Virus record (IMG/VR): IMGVR_UViG_3300030061_003823
Strand: one strand, 5' to 3'
DNA: 64,000 nucleotides
Source: an uncultured virus (IMG/VR IMGVR_UViG_3300030061_003823)
Taxonomy: Duplodnaviria > Heunggongvirae > Uroviricota > Caudoviricetes
Made by a program: the position numbers and the translations under genes. The notes under the pieces were generated by a model. The model worked only from the letters and a program-made list of their open reading frames with translations. It did not search any database and was not told where the DNA came from. Below, piece by piece: positions 28,547 to 39,012 of this stretch. The stretch's first letter is position 1; each line of letters starts with the position of its first letter.

Positions 28547-29095
28547 ATGGAAAAATTTATAAAATGGCACAAACTTCACATCGGTAGATGGCAGAATCGT
28601 TTAAGAATAGATAATTATCAAACTCTATGGTTATCCTGGTTAAAAGGAATAATCGTTGGTGTTATAATTATGTCCTTATTTTCAGGTTGTATGGGGACAT
28701 ATTATATTTCAGATGCTGAGTATTCTGATCTAAGAGAGGAACATGCAGCCATAACTTATTACAATAATCAAATCTATTGGGGTTGGTATAGTGGGTATTA
28801 TTACTACTATGGAACTCCACATTACTATCCATGGTATTATTATTACAATGCGTGTCCACCATCACATTACGCAACAACAACTCATGTGATAATTTCAAGA
28901 CCAGTTAATAGACCGACACATAGACCAAATAGACCGAAAGTAAATACACATAGACCAAACATTAGAACTAATAGTAATAAAAAGATAGTCATTACACCAA
29001 ATAGAAATACAAAAGTAAAAACTAATACCAGAGTAAAAACTAATCGAAACAATTCTAACCGTTCTAATAAAACTAATAATAGAAGACCTAGATAA
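28547..29095 (+). CDS. Tyr-rich membrane/lipoprotein-like protein with Arg/Asn-rich tail
   Basis: TM segment followed by FSGC; YYYYYG tracts; TATTTATA at 28525-28532. Confidence 0.75.
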   Translation: MEKFIKWHKLHIGRWQNRLRIDNYQTLWLSWLKGIIVGVIIMSLFSGCMGTYYISDAEYSDLREEHAAITYYNNQIYWGWYSGYYYYYGTPHYYPWYYYYNACPPSHYATTTHVIISRPVNRPTHRPNRPKVNTHRPNIRTNSNKKIVITPNRNTKVKTNTRVKTNRNNSNRSNKTNNRRPR

Positions 29096-29122
29096 CTTCA
29101 CTCATTAGGATATTTATAATTA

Positions 29123-32100
29123 ATGGAAGAAGAAGATTTAATACTATTAAAGAAGTTCATGGAAAAGATATGGCCTGGTTACAGGACTAATGTCTACCGT
29201 GCTCTTTATCGTACCTACCATCCTAGTACATATAATGAAGGTTTTAGTACTCCAATGGATAATATGATGGTGGCGACTGATGAAATAGACGTAGCCATTA
29301 CTAAAGGAGAGAATTACGGATTGATTGATAAACTTACTGGATATAAATTCCCTGACTCTCCTGAGTTTTATATAGACGAAGGTACTAATTCTCATCGGCA
29401 CCCTTGGATGGTGTCTACACTCTTGTTTAATGTCCTATGGGATATAGTAGAGGAATTTAGATGTTACTGTGGTGAGGGTGGTGTCGATCCAGATTGTAAA
29501 GGAAAATGTATTGGGGATTTCCCATATTTATATGAAGACTACAATAGCTTACACGATTATATGGAAGAACTACAAGACTTAGGAGCACCACTAGATATAT
29601 TATTAGATGAATATCCTCTACAATTAAATAAAATTCAATTGGTTCCTGATTATCCATATAGACCACATGAACATGGTCATGGGATGAGGTTAACTGAAGA
29701 TATAGATAAATTCTTATCCAGAAGATTAAGTGTGGTAAGAGAAAATATATACACCCTTAGTAATGGTAATTTATTAGGAGAGAGTGACCAACATAAGTTG
29801 GAAAATCAGATGTGTGAATTATTTAATATTCACAAACATGAATCATCAGAACATTTATTCAACTGGTCTATTAAAGATGTCATCAAAGAACATAAGGCTC
29901 TTAATGAAGAGACAGATATTTTTGGTCAAGGACTATTAGACCCAATAGCTCCCGAAGAATTTGAGGGTACAGAAGAGGAATGGGAGGAGTTAATTAGTAA
30001 GAGTGAACCTGGGGAGAAAGAAAAACACTATTTTGGTGATTATGAATATACTGACGGTAAGACCGATGCGAAAAAAGGATTTGTTGCCCCTTCAAAAGAA
30101 GTTACAGAAAATATATGTACTGTAGAGAATTTCTGTAGAGAACAGGGACCTATTACTTTTGGACAACTTAAAGCTTTAGTTGAGACAGCAACCAGTAAAA
30201 GAATCCAAGCGGATATGGGACGTGGAGCGTTTAAGATGTTATGGAGAATAATACCATTTTTTATACCACAAATATTATTAGCAGCTGTGGGTATTACAGC
30301 CACAAGAGCCTTTAATAAAATAATTACTCCAGCACTTAAAGATACCAGAGGTTATAAGAATTGGTGGGGGAAAGTAGTATTAAAAGCAATGGACATTGCA
30401 GAAGGAGATTATATTCCAGATGTTGCCATAGGAGATGATCCACTAGGTAAGGTGTTCTTTGTTTCTGATGGTCTATTACAAATGATTAAAGATAAATACA
30501 AATTAAAGTTTGCAAGATATGTGGCAGAAGTCGCAGCGGCTAGACCAGATAACGAACCAGTTCCAGATTGGTTTGTAGAGAACTTATTAAGAGATTACTT
30601 AAATCAAAAGTTTCTATTAGATCCACCACTACAACCAAAAAAAGGTATAGAGTTTGAGGAATTACGGACTATCGATGAGTCTGCTCCATTACCTGGTGAG
30701 ACGAGTGATAAAGGAATGGACACAACTAATCTAACTCCCGTTAGTAAAAAAAAAATGACTCTAGAGGAAATTCTAGAGGAAATAGATGATATAGCTTACT
30801 ACGAAGATGTGGTTGTAGATTTAGAGAAAGGAGATAAAAGTTGGGACGTAACCAAACAAGTATTAAAGTATTCTGACTATTGGATTAAGAACCCTAACTC
30901 TTTAACCTCACCTGATTTCCCACCGATTAATGTAATAATACCAAATAAACTTAATGATGGTTCTCACAGAATCTCTACTCTTTATGCATTAGCAAACCAT
31001 ATTGATTCTGATAATCCTTATTGGAGTGAAGTTAAATTACCTGTACACTTTTACGATCCTAAAGATGTTATAACAGAACACGAAGAACCCGGATTAAGTC
31101 CTGAACTAGAAATAGGTGACGTTATAAAAGTAGTAGACATAGATAGAGAGGTAGAGAATAATTCAATAAAATATAATATCGCACCACCAGAACTAAGACC
31201 AGAAAAATTTACACCATACGCAGTAGTAGACAAAGAAAGTAATGGTTCGGAATCAAAATATCCTTTCCGATATACATTAGTTCCAGAAGATAAATTAGAG
31301 GATTATGAAAAAAACTTGGACCGTGGGTATGGAGACTATGAAGGTTATGAAAAACTTCTATTCCCTTGGGTACACCAATGGATTTATGCTGATACTCCAA
31401 TGGCAAATAAAGTGGATAGATTAACAATTAGTGAACATACGGAACGAGAAATAAACCCAGAGTTAGAAAAAGGTGACCATGTGAAAATAATTAGTATCGA
31501 TGGGGAACACGCAAACATGCCAAAGAGGTGGGAAATTTATGTAGTTAATACAGTTTCAAAAGACACGTATAAGGATCAAAAGTATTATGGTTTATATCCT
31601 ATAGATCAAACAGATGAACAACTTACAAGTTCTATGTTAGCTGGAGGTGGTAAACAAAGAGAGTTATATCTATATCGGGGAGATGAATGGATAAAAGTTG
31701 AGAAGGAATCTCCTCTTATTAAGAAATTAGATGGGATGGAAGTGGAGATTGACACTGTTAAGTATGATTTAGGTTGGGTAGATGAAGACACTGGGGATGC
31801 TACTGGAAATCAATTCTTCGAAATCTCTAATCCTCGTTTTGCCCCAATAAGTTATGGTGGTGACTCTCCTATAAGAAAGGATCTATTCAAATACGATTTA
31901 ATATTTAGAGAAGAAGAGAGTGGAGTTCTTGAGAGGTTTTTTACTAGGGAAGAACTTGAACGTATGTTAAATCAACAAGGTATTAAAGATAAATTAGAAA
32001 AAGCGATTTATGAGAACTACCTTAAATTATATGGTATGAGAAAACCATATATTAAATTGGAAACGGTTTTTGCGGATGATGATACGGATAAGGTCTTAAG

Positions 32101-32155
32101 TGAAAATATTCTAGACACATTCAAAGTTATCTCTGAACTGAATACTTTTAATTAG
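29123..32155 (+). CDS. large multidomain protein (central TM hairpin, ParB/Srx-like DGSHR segment, duplicated PELExGDxxKVV domain)
   Basis: 1010 aa; PPINV...LNDGSHR; domains separated by LTE, LNE, ITE, ISE and LSE sites. Confidence 0.85.
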   Translation: MEEEDLILLKKFMEKIWPGYRTNVYRALYRTYHPSTYNEGFSTPMDNMMVATDEIDVAITKGENYGLIDKLTGYKFPDSPEFYIDEGTNSHRHPWMVSTLLFNVLWDIVEEFRCYCGEGGVDPDCKGKCIGDFPYLYEDYNSLHDYMEELQDLGAPLDILLDEYPLQLNKIQLVPDYPYRPHEHGHGMRLTEDIDKFLSRRLSVVRENIYTLSNGNLLGESDQHKLENQMCELFNIHKHESSEHLFNWSIKDVIKEHKALNEETDIFGQGLLDPIAPEEFEGTEEEWEELISKSEPGEKEKHYFGDYEYTDGKTDAKKGFVAPSKEVTENICTVENFCREQGPITFGQLKALVETATSKRIQADMGRGAFKMLWRIIPFFIPQILLAAVGITATRAFNKIITPALKDTRGYKNWWGKVVLKAMDIAEGDYIPDVAIGDDPLGKVFFVSDGLLQMIKDKYKLKFARYVAEVAAARPDNEPVPDWFVENLLRDYLNQKFLLDPPLQPKKGIEFEELRTIDESAPLPGETSDKGMDTTNLTPVSKKKMTLEEILEEIDDIAYYEDVVVDLEKGDKSWDVTKQVLKYSDYWIKNPNSLTSPDFPPINVIIPNKLNDGSHRISTLYALANHIDSDNPYWSEVKLPVHFYDPKDVITEHEEPGLSPELEIGDVIKVVDIDREVENNSIKYNIAPPELRPEKFTPYAVVDKESNGSESKYPFRYTLVPEDKLEDYEKNLDRGYGDYEGYEKLLFPWVHQWIYADTPMANKVDRLTISEHTEREINPELEKGDHVKIISIDGEHANMPKRWEIYVVNTVSKDTYKDQKYYGLYPIDQTDEQLTSSMLAGGGKQRELYLYRGDEWIKVEKESPLIKKLDGMEVEIDTVKYDLGWVDEDTGDATGNQFFEISNPRFAPISYGGDSPIRKDLFKYDLIFREEESGVLERFFTREELERMLNQQGIKDKLEKAIYENYLKLYGMRKPYIKLETVFADDDTDKVLSENILDTFKVISELNTFN

Positions 32156-32301
32156 TCTTTATCTTCTAATCTAGCAAATTCGTCTTGTGTTACTTGAACC
32201 TGAACGTAGTCCATATATCCACCAATGGGAAGGTGAAGAAAGTATTCTATTATCTCACCATCTATAATCTCATCTTTATGTACCCAAATTAATACTTTCA
32301 T
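32152..32301 (-). CDS. small hypothetical protein
   Basis: MKVLIWVHKDE..., coupled to the upstream gene. Confidence 0.6.
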   Translation of the reverse strand: MKVLIWVHKDEIIDGEIIEYFLHLPIGGYMDYVQVQVTQDEFARLEDKD

Positions 32302-32302
32302 C

Positions 32303-32515
32303 TTATTCTTCTCTTTTAGGTCTATGTGTTTTACCACCTCCTCTTACTTCGTAAATCCAACCACTATCAGAATTTTGGTTAAATAGTTCTGCCATCTTTA
32401 ATGCTTTGTCTAGTCCTTTTATCTCTAAAACTGATGATAAACCATCATTAAGTAATACGTGTGTTTTCTTTCCCGTTAAAGGGTCTTTCATTGTTTTTAT
32501 TATGTTGTAAGACAT
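32303..32515 (-). CDS. hypothetical protein
   Basis: MSYNIIKT... within the track ORF. Confidence 0.7.
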   Translation of the reverse strand: MSYNIIKTMKDPLTGKKTHVLLNDGLSSVLEIKGLDKALKMAELFNQNSDSGWIYEVRGGGKTHRPKREE

Positions 32516-32525
32516 TTCTCTATTT

Positions 32526-33020
32526 TTATTTAAGTTTAACAATTTTTTTATTAAGAGTCCAATCTATGTGAAACTCCTTTGTGTATTTACCTTTATTATA
32601 TTTGTTACAACAAGAACCACAAGCTATGTTAGTTCTTCTTACTCGGTGAAACTTCTTTTTACATTTTGGACAGTCTCCAATCCATTTCATAACTCGTGAA
32701 AGATCTACTGTACTATTACTTGTGCATCTCTCACCACTACAACCAATAGACTTGGCTAGACTCTTCCAATTTTTGTCATGATTAGAATAACCTCTTTTCT
32801 GATGGTCTAACGCATGTGCAATCTCATGTAGTATGGTATTCTTAACTCTATCCTCGTTGGTTTCATATTGAGTTAGCGGTCTTGATAAAGAAATGGTCTT
32901 CATTCTACCGTTATGACACCCAAATCTACGAACAGCTTTGTCCCACTTGAATGTATAAGTGTTGAGACCGTGTTCTCTCATCATTCTCATTGCCATATGT
33001 CTTGCTTTATCTAATTTCAT
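32526..33020 (-). CDS. SprT-like zinc metalloprotease
   Basis: ILHEIAHA...H...WK motif and C-terminal CPKC...CGSC. Confidence 0.9.
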   Translation of the reverse strand: MKLDKARHMAMRMMREHGLNTYTFKWDKAVRRFGCHNGRMKTISLSRPLTQYETNEDRVKNTILHEIAHALDHQKRGYSNHDKNWKSLAKSIGCSGERCTSNSTVDLSRVMKWIGDCPKCKKKFHRVRRTNIACGSCCNKYNKGKYTKEFHIDWTLNKKIVKLK

Positions 33021-33439
33021 CTTTCAAAGTTTACTTTATCTATGGTTAATCTTTCGTTTATACCAATTAGTTTTAAGAATCTATGGAGGTCTTGTTCTAC
33101 CTCTCTTCTAATAAAACGTCTGATTTGTTTATGGTATTGGTCTCCCCATATTACACTTCTTTTTTTGTAGTCGTTAGTCCAACTATTTTCTCTTGTTTTT
33201 TTTATTACATCTATAGCTGGTAAGAATTTAGGGTCTCCTTCTGTATAGATTTTTTTGTCTTCTATTATACCTTTCACCATTATATTAACCTTAGTTTGCC
33301 AATATTCGTCGTTGACCCAAGTAATACGATAATCTAAATTTACTTTACCGGTGCGCCATCTTGATTTACTATCCGTAGTGTTAAGATTAAATCTTTGTTT
33401 TTTAATTAGTCTTTGTATATGTATTCCTAGTCCATTCAT
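33017..33439 (-). CDS. basic hypothetical protein (KLxG family)
   Basis: 140 aa; TATCTTTG at 33444-33451. Confidence 0.8.
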   Translation of the reverse strand: MNGLGIHIQRLIKKQRFNLNTTDSKSRWRTGKVNLDYRITWVNDEYWQTKVNIMVKGIIEDKKIYTEGDPKFLPAIDVIKKTRENSWTNDYKKRSVIWGDQYHKQIRRFIRREVEQDLHRFLKLIGINERLTIDKVNFER

Positions 33440-33467
33440 ACTACAAAGATAAGGAAAATTTTTGAAA

Positions 33468-34382
33468 CTACAAAACTAAACTTGGTTTAATATGTGGTAA
33501 GATTGAAAGTTCTTTTGCTTTAGCTTCCACCATAATGTCTACATCATTACCATAGGTATTTGGTATGTGTGTTATGTAGTCAGAATGTGCTTGTGGTTTG
33601 ATTTTGTCATTACTTTCGTGTAATGATTTTGATTCTGAGTAATGAACTATTGGTTTAATTCCCTTAGGCCATGTAGAGATGGCTAATTCAAGTGCTTCTT
33701 GTTCTGTCATATCACCAGTACAAAACTTGTGGTGGTGATAATCAAACACAATAGGAATACCAATACGTTCATGTATGTACATCAAGTCTTTTACCGAATA
33801 CATACTTGCCTTATCATCATTCTCAACTGTAAGACGTGTTTGGACTGAATGGGGAAGTAACTCAAAGTTTTTACAGAATCTATCTAGAGCTGATGGTTTA
33901 TCACCATACACCCCATTACAATGTATATTAATTTTATTGTATGGAGTTCTATCTAAACCAAGTAAGTCAAAAACTTTACCGTGATTTGTAAGATCGGTTA
34001 TTGTATTTTGTACTACATGTTCTCGAGGGGAAACTAGGACATTGAATGGTCCTGGATGTGAAGTTAATCTAATACCATTCTTTCTAGCGTAATTTCCACA
34101 ACTAGAAAGAACAGTTTTGATTCTTTGATATTGGGGTAGGTCTTCTATGTTATATTCAGATGCCCAAGGAAAAATATCTGATGATATTCTAAAAAAACTT
34201 ATACCATTCTCAACATTCCATTTTACTATTTCACATAAATCTCTTGAGTTGAGTAATGCTAGGTCTCCTGCATACTCCATACCTTTAGATAAAAAGGTTT
34301 TTTTAATCATTGTTCTATTGGTGGTGATTCTGGGTTTCTGTTCCCCAAGGGTCATATTTATACAAGCGTATCCTAAATTCAT
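33468..34382 (-). CDS. uvsE: UV DNA damage endonuclease
   Basis: LGYACIN, FFRISSDIFPW, HPGPF, LTVENDDK, VFDYHHH, HYSES, AHSDY and MVEAKAKE motifs. Confidence 0.95.
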   Translation of the reverse strand: MNLGYACINMTLGEQKPRITTNRTMIKKTFLSKGMEYAGDLALLNSRDLCEIVKWNVENGISFFRISSDIFPWASEYNIEDLPQYQRIKTVLSSCGNYARKNGIRLTSHPGPFNVLVSPREHVVQNTITDLTNHGKVFDLLGLDRTPYNKINIHCNGVYGDKPSALDRFCKNFELLPHSVQTRLTVENDDKASMYSVKDLMYIHERIGIPIVFDYHHHKFCTGDMTEQEALELAISTWPKGIKPIVHYSESKSLHESNDKIKPQAHSDYITHIPNTYGNDVDIMVEAKAKELSILPHIKPSLVL

Positions 34383-34406
34383 ACTGCAAATATATAAAAA
34401 TATTAT

Positions 34407-34715
34407 CTAACCATCCCATTCTTCTCCAAAGAATTCATAATTCTTTTTAACCGATTCATCATCACCCTCCTCATCTATACAATCATCTTCTGACTCATAT
34501 ATGGCATCAGGCGGACATGCTGGTATACATGCTCCACAATCTATACACTCCTCAGGATTTATAAATAGTTGTAACCCTTCTACACTATCTAATGTTTTTA
34601 CCTCAGCTCCTGCACCATCTATATCTATTGGTCCATGAATACAATCTACCGGACACACCTCTACACATGCTGTGTCACAAGTACTTACACATTTTTTTCC
34701 TATTATAAAACTCAT
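34407..34715 (-). CDS. 4Fe-4S/3Fe-4S dicluster ferredoxin
   Basis: CVEVCPVDCI and CIDCGACIPACP motifs. Confidence 0.95.
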   Translation of the reverse strand: MSFIIGKKCVSTCDTACVEVCPVDCIHGPIDIDGAGAEVKTLDSVEGLQLFINPEECIDCGACIPACPPDAIYESEDDCIDEEGDDESVKKNYEFFGEEWDG

Positions 34716-34732
34716 AATTTTATTTTTATTAA

Positions 34733-34915
34733 TTAAATATTTTCGTAACCTACTAAATTATCATTTACATATTCTTCAATCGAAAATTCATATGTTTTAC
34801 ATTTATTTCCTTTTAAGCATTTTACTTGATAGACTTTTTGTTCCTCTCTATCTAAGTATACCTCAACTACACTATTAGTATAGTGTTGGGTATGGATTAA
34901 TTCTTTTTCTTCCAT
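34733..34915 (-). CDS. hypothetical protein
   Basis: 60 aa. Confidence 0.55.
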   Translation of the reverse strand: MEEKELIHTQHYTNSVVEVYLDREEQKVYQVKCLKGNKCKTYEFSIEEYVNDNLVGYENI

Positions 34916-34936
34916 TGTTATATTTTTTTTATTTGG

Positions 34937-36225
34937 TTATATGTCTCTCCCTTTGGAGTAAACATGTTTTACTACTGGAAATCTTAGCGAGTGACACCCA
35001 TCTTGATTGGTTGTTTCTTCGAAGTATTGAACTGTGATTGTCTTACCTACTATTAGTTCTGGATTCTTAAAGTATTTTCTTCTTTCTTCTTGGTCGAATC
35101 CTGATCCTACACCGACATCACATCCTTTGTGTTCTATAATAACAGAACCCAACATTTCTTCTTCAACTTCTTTACCGTTTACAATGATTCTATGAATCGC
35201 AGTTTCTACAGACTTAACTACATATTCTTCGTCAAAGAATTTCTTAACCTTAAGTAGGTCATTACTTCTTTTCCCTTTGTATTCAGAATCTTTTCGGAGT
35301 ATTAAACCTTCCCAATTATTTTTGGTGGCTAGTTCTGCTAGTTCTTGAAAGTGTTCTTCCGACTCAACTTTCCATTGTGCTAGTAGATTAATACAGTTTA
35401 ATTTTTCTGCGAATGCGTCAGAGATCAAATTAAAACAAGTTAATCGTTCACTTAGTTTCCGTGGACTGGTTTGATTATCAAACTCATCTAATAATAAATA
35501 GTCGAAAACTTTATATTTTGGACTCTCTATAGTATGATCTTTTCTTTTTATCTCTTTCATTATACCTTGGAAGTCTTCTGCCCCACTTTTATCCATTAAA
35601 CATACCTCACCATCAAATACCATATTACACAGGTTTAGACTCTCTATTTCATCTCTGAGGACATTCAGGGTATCAAATGTCTTACCCTGTCGAGAATAGA
35701 AGTTACACTTTCCTTTCTCATCTACTATGGCAAGACATCTAACCCCATCCAACTTTTGGGAGGCGAACCACTTTTGTTTATTAAAATCAACTTTNNNNNN
35801 NNNNTAAAAGTAGGTACACATCCTGGTATTGCTTTGTTGATTAGGTCCGCTCCCGTTCTTGTTTTTAGATTCTTGTCTATAACACAATGTATTAATTGCT
35901 CACATCCTGGATGTGATTCTATAAATGAATTAACCGATCCAATTGCGTCATGACCAGTAATCGTACGTTTACTCAAGGCATCCAATAAATAAAATAATGA
36001 CGTTGATTGGTAACCGTCTCTTTTAATATCTTTATTCTTTTTAAGATTTGCACTTGTAACATGAAATTGTTTGAAAGGAGAATAAGTGTATTTCAGTAAT
36101 TGTGTAATCTTATATTCATCCTTATATTCCTTGATTATTGCAATCTTATCATTAGTTGAATTGGTGGACTTTAGTTTGTCCACAAATTCTTGTATTTCGT
36201 CGTAATCTTTTTTCCAGTTTATCAT
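34937..36225 (-). CDS. ATP-dependent DNA ligase (single gene interrupted by an N gap near 35795-35804)
   Basis: N-terminal DNA-binding part upstream of the gap; KLDGVRC, FDGE, EGLILR, LLKVK and SLRFP motifs downstream. Confidence 0.92.
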
Positions 36226-36226
36226 A

Positions 36227-36754
36227 TTATTTTCTTAATGAATATGCGATACCAAAAATTGTCCAGTTTTTGAATGGATTATTGGTCACTGTTAATTCAA
36301 ACTTGTTTGTTCTATAAGCGATTCTCATCCTCATTTTATGAAGATCTCTATCATTAGGGTCCTCAACAACCATATTAGGTCTGTAGTGATAGTCGTTAAT
36401 GAAGTATAGATATAATCTACCACCCTTAAACGCTGTTGGTGATGGTATCCCTATCCCATATGAGAATACATATGCATCATCATTTGTTTCTTCTAAATTG
36501 ATTGACGAGAATGAATAACCTACTCCTAAATAATGTACAATATAATACTCTTCTGTTATTTTCTGGGGCGCCGTAAAGTTTGAATTAATAAATCCTACTT
36601 CCTGACGTGTATTTAGACATCCCTCTCCATCATCTATAGATTTAAGTCCCACTTCTACACCAATTAGATTAGATTTTGGGGTGGGTATTAGGTCTTGAGC
36701 ATTACTAATTAGTGAACCTATAGCCACTAATAATGTTAAAATTGTTTTTTTCAT
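36227..36754 (-). CDS. secreted/outer-membrane beta-rich protein
   Basis: Signal peptide ending NA-Q; beta-strand pattern; C-terminal IFGIAYSL. Confidence 0.7.
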   Translation of the reverse strand: MKKTILTLLVAIGSLISNAQDLIPTPKSNLIGVEVGLKSIDDGEGCLNTRQEVGFINSNFTAPQKITEEYYIVHYLGVGYSFSSINLEETNDDAYVFSYGIGIPSPTAFKGGRLYLYFINDYHYRPNMVVEDPNDRDLHKMRMRIAYRTNKFELTVTNNPFKNWTIFGIAYSLRK

Positions 36755-36772
36755 AAGTCTTTTTTTAATTGT

Positions 36773-37171
36773 TTATTTTATTGCTAATCTTTTTATGAAT
36801 ATTTGACCCCCTCCATAACCCAATAGTTTTGCTTGTCGGTAAACCATTTCAACTAATTCAATCCATTTCCAGTTGTTTATTGTCTGTTGGTTAGCATACT
36901 TGGAGCGACCATTAGTGAATATATCGATTAGTGGACTATCGTAATAATTACCTTCTATTAGTCTGAGGTTTATATAGATAGAACCCCAAGTGTTAATTTT
37001 GATTGAAGTTACTTTGAATTTTCCTGTATGGTATTCTGATTGTGCGTGGTGAAAAGTATTTTTTTTCCTCCAATTTAAGATGGCTCCCTTACCTAAAACT
37101 TTTTTAATAGTTTTAATTACTTTAGGGTGTTCATAATCCAAATTTGTCTTTGTATGATCCGTTCTATTCAT
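36773..37171 (-). CDS. basic hypothetical protein (KLxG family)
   Basis: Start re-assigned to ATG 37171, 4 nt after TATCTTTG (37176-37183). Confidence 0.75.
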   Translation of the reverse strand: MNRTDHTKTNLDYEHPKVIKTIKKVLGKGAILNWRKKNTFHHAQSEYHTGKFKVTSIKINTWGSIYINLRLIEGNYYDSPLIDIFTNGRSKYANQQTINNWKWIELVEMVYRQAKLLGYGGGQIFIKRLAIK

Positions 37172-37206
37172 ACTACAAAGATAGGCAAATTTAATTAAAC
37201 TACCAA

Positions 37207-37284
37207 CTAAAGACCAAAATAAAATACTGTCACCATTAAGATAAGGTATACAATAGGCGATATGTCGATTTGTTCTGTTTCCAT
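37207..37284 (-). CDS. 25-aa single-TM peptide (not in ORF track)
   Basis: METEQIDISPIVYLILMVTVFYFGL. Confidence 0.45.
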   Translation of the reverse strand: METEQIDISPIVYLILMVTVFYFGL

Positions 37285-37326
37285 ACATAAATAAATAATG
37301 TGAAGAACTCTATTCTCGGTAATTTA

Positions 37327-37355
37327 ATGTTAAATCTATGTTAAATTTATGTTAA
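37327..37355 (-). promoter_or_regulatory. three TTAACAT direct repeats at 11-bp period (OmpR/PhoB-family box-like)
   Basis: ATGTTAA at 37327, 37338 and 37349 on the + strand. Confidence 0.55.
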
Positions 37356-37360
37356 GAAAA

Positions 37361-37891
37361 CTACCTAACTAAAGTAACTTGCCCTGTGTAGTGTTGATTG
37401 TGGGTTCTTATGGAGTACCCATATACACCTATTGGAGATCCTTTACCGTCCCATGGTTCATTATTTGTGGTCTCATATATCTTATCCCCCCATCTATTAT
37501 AAATTACCATAGATTTTATTTCGTCACCGTCAGCTCCATGCACATAAAATGTTTCATTGTGATTATCTTGATTAGGTGTGAAAGTATTTGGTACGAATAT
37601 TTGTAAGTACGGACAATCCTCTATTACGACTTCATGATAAGAGGTATCTCCTTCACAACCAAACCTAGTTGTATATACTGATATAATATATGTGCCAATA
37701 TCACTTGGCCATTGTACGGTAATCGAATTCCCTTCATCATAGATGATATTACCATCTGAGATATCCCAATAGTATACCTTATTAGCGTCATAACTTACTT
37801 GATAATTTTGTGGTATAATATCACCACAATTAGTATAAGTTTCCTGAGCTAATAAATGGAAGGGTAACAATATGAATACCCACCATTTCAT
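37361..37891 (-). CDS. secreted protein with T9SS type B sorting domain (gliding motility-associated C-terminal domain)
   Basis: Signal peptide; IFVPNTFTPNQDNHNETF...IYNRWG...WDGK...GVYGY...GQVTLVR. Confidence 0.9.
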   Translation of the reverse strand: MKWWVFILLPFHLLAQETYTNCGDIIPQNYQVSYDANKVYYWDISDGNIIYDEGNSITVQWPSDIGTYIISVYTTRFGCEGDTSYHEVVIEDCPYLQIFVPNTFTPNQDNHNETFYVHGADGDEIKSMVIYNRWGDKIYETTNNEPWDGKGSPIGVYGYSIRTHNQHYTGQVTLVR

Positions 37892-38433
37892 TAGTAATGT
37901 TGTATTGGTCCTGTAACTGGTCCGTTATTCACAACAACATTAATAGTTGTATTACATCCTGCCATTGAATAAGTTAATACATAGTTTCCTACACCAGCTG
38001 ATGAAGGTTGGAATGCATTTGCTACTACTCCTGTTCCAGTCCAAGTTCCTCCTGCAGGATTACCCACTAATGGTGTTGTTGGATCACCAGCACAGAATGG
38101 TCCGATTAGGTTACCAGATAAATCTAAAACAAACACATCTAATAGTATTGGTGTTCCTGGACAGTTGGCTGCGTTTGACTCAATAACTTCTACCGCGTTT
38201 GGATAAAGACCACTGACTGCTCCCCAATCTACTGTAATAGAATTTGTACCTTGACCTGTTTGTAAAGTTCCACCACCACCTGTTACCGTCCAGTTATATG
38301 TTGACGTTGGTGTGTTTGTTACAAAGTATTGTTCACCTGTGGCATTAGCACACACAGTGTCTGGGTTAATTGTTGTTTGTCCATAAGTCACCAACCCAAG
38401 GCAAACAAATAGAACTGTAATTAGTTTTTTCAT
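37891..38433 (-). CDS. secreted PKD/Ig-like protein
   Basis: Signal peptide (YG-Q); YNWTVTGG...GQGTNSITVDW; GGTWTGTGV...F.P...GVG.Y. Confidence 0.85.
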   Translation of the reverse strand: MKKLITVLFVCLGLVTYGQTTINPDTVCANATGEQYFVTNTPTSTYNWTVTGGGGTLQTGQGTNSITVDWGAVSGLYPNAVEVIESNAANCPGTPILLDVFVLDLSGNLIGPFCAGDPTTPLVGNPAGGTWTGTGVVANAFQPSSAGVGNYVLTYSMAGCNTTINVVVNNGPVTGPIQHY

Positions 38434-38445
38434 AATTTTATTTTT

Positions 38446-39012
38446 TTAATAATGATTTATGTTCGAGGTAACGGGTGTTACCACTTGAACATTTCCGTTA
38501 TATATTTGGTATGCTGGGTCACTACAACATGCCCCATTATTCCATCCTCCTGTGAGACAATCCCCTATTACATTCATTGAGATTAGTAGATTATCTGCTG
38601 TACAGGTTGATCCCACAGTAACCCTAAACCTCATTGTGAATGGTCCTGTAGATGATGTCCCCCAATCTGGATTAAACGCACTTGCATTAACGAATCTCCA
38701 TCCTGGTCCAAAGTTAAGACCACTTGGAAATGTGTTTTGTAAGTCCCACATCCAAAATCCTGTTGACCCTCCTGGATTACCTGGTACTATTAACGGAGTG
38801 AGATTGGTCCATCCAATCCCTAAATTTATTTGAAACGCGATTATCCAGTTTATATTCAACTGAGTGAATGTCCCTAAAGTATAGTCCACTACTACCACGT
38901 CTCCTGGTTGATATGGTCCAACTGGTGTCAACGTAAATGATTGGTTAGATACACACTGGGAGTAGGTAATAACAGAGAAGAATATTAATAATATGGTTAA
39001 TAGCGTTCTCAT
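38446..39012 (-). CDS. secreted beta-rich protein
   Basis: Signal peptide (YS-Q); TATTTATA at 39017-39024; ends PVTSNINHY. Confidence 0.85.
   Translation of the reverse strand: MRTLLTILLIFFSVITYSQCVSNQSFTLTPVGPYQPGDVVVVDYTLGTFTQLNINWIIAFQINLGIGWTNLTPLIVPGNPGGSTGFWMWDLQNTFPSGLNFGPGWRFVNASAFNPDWGTSSTGPFTMRFRVTVGSTCTADNLLISMNVIGDCLTGGWNNGACCSDPAYQIYNGNVQVVTPVTSNINHY

Noticed and set aside
35725..35887. Apparent frameshift or split of the DNA ligase
   Set aside because: The break coincides with a run of Ns (assembly gap), so it is not evidence of a pseudogene, intron or programmed frameshift
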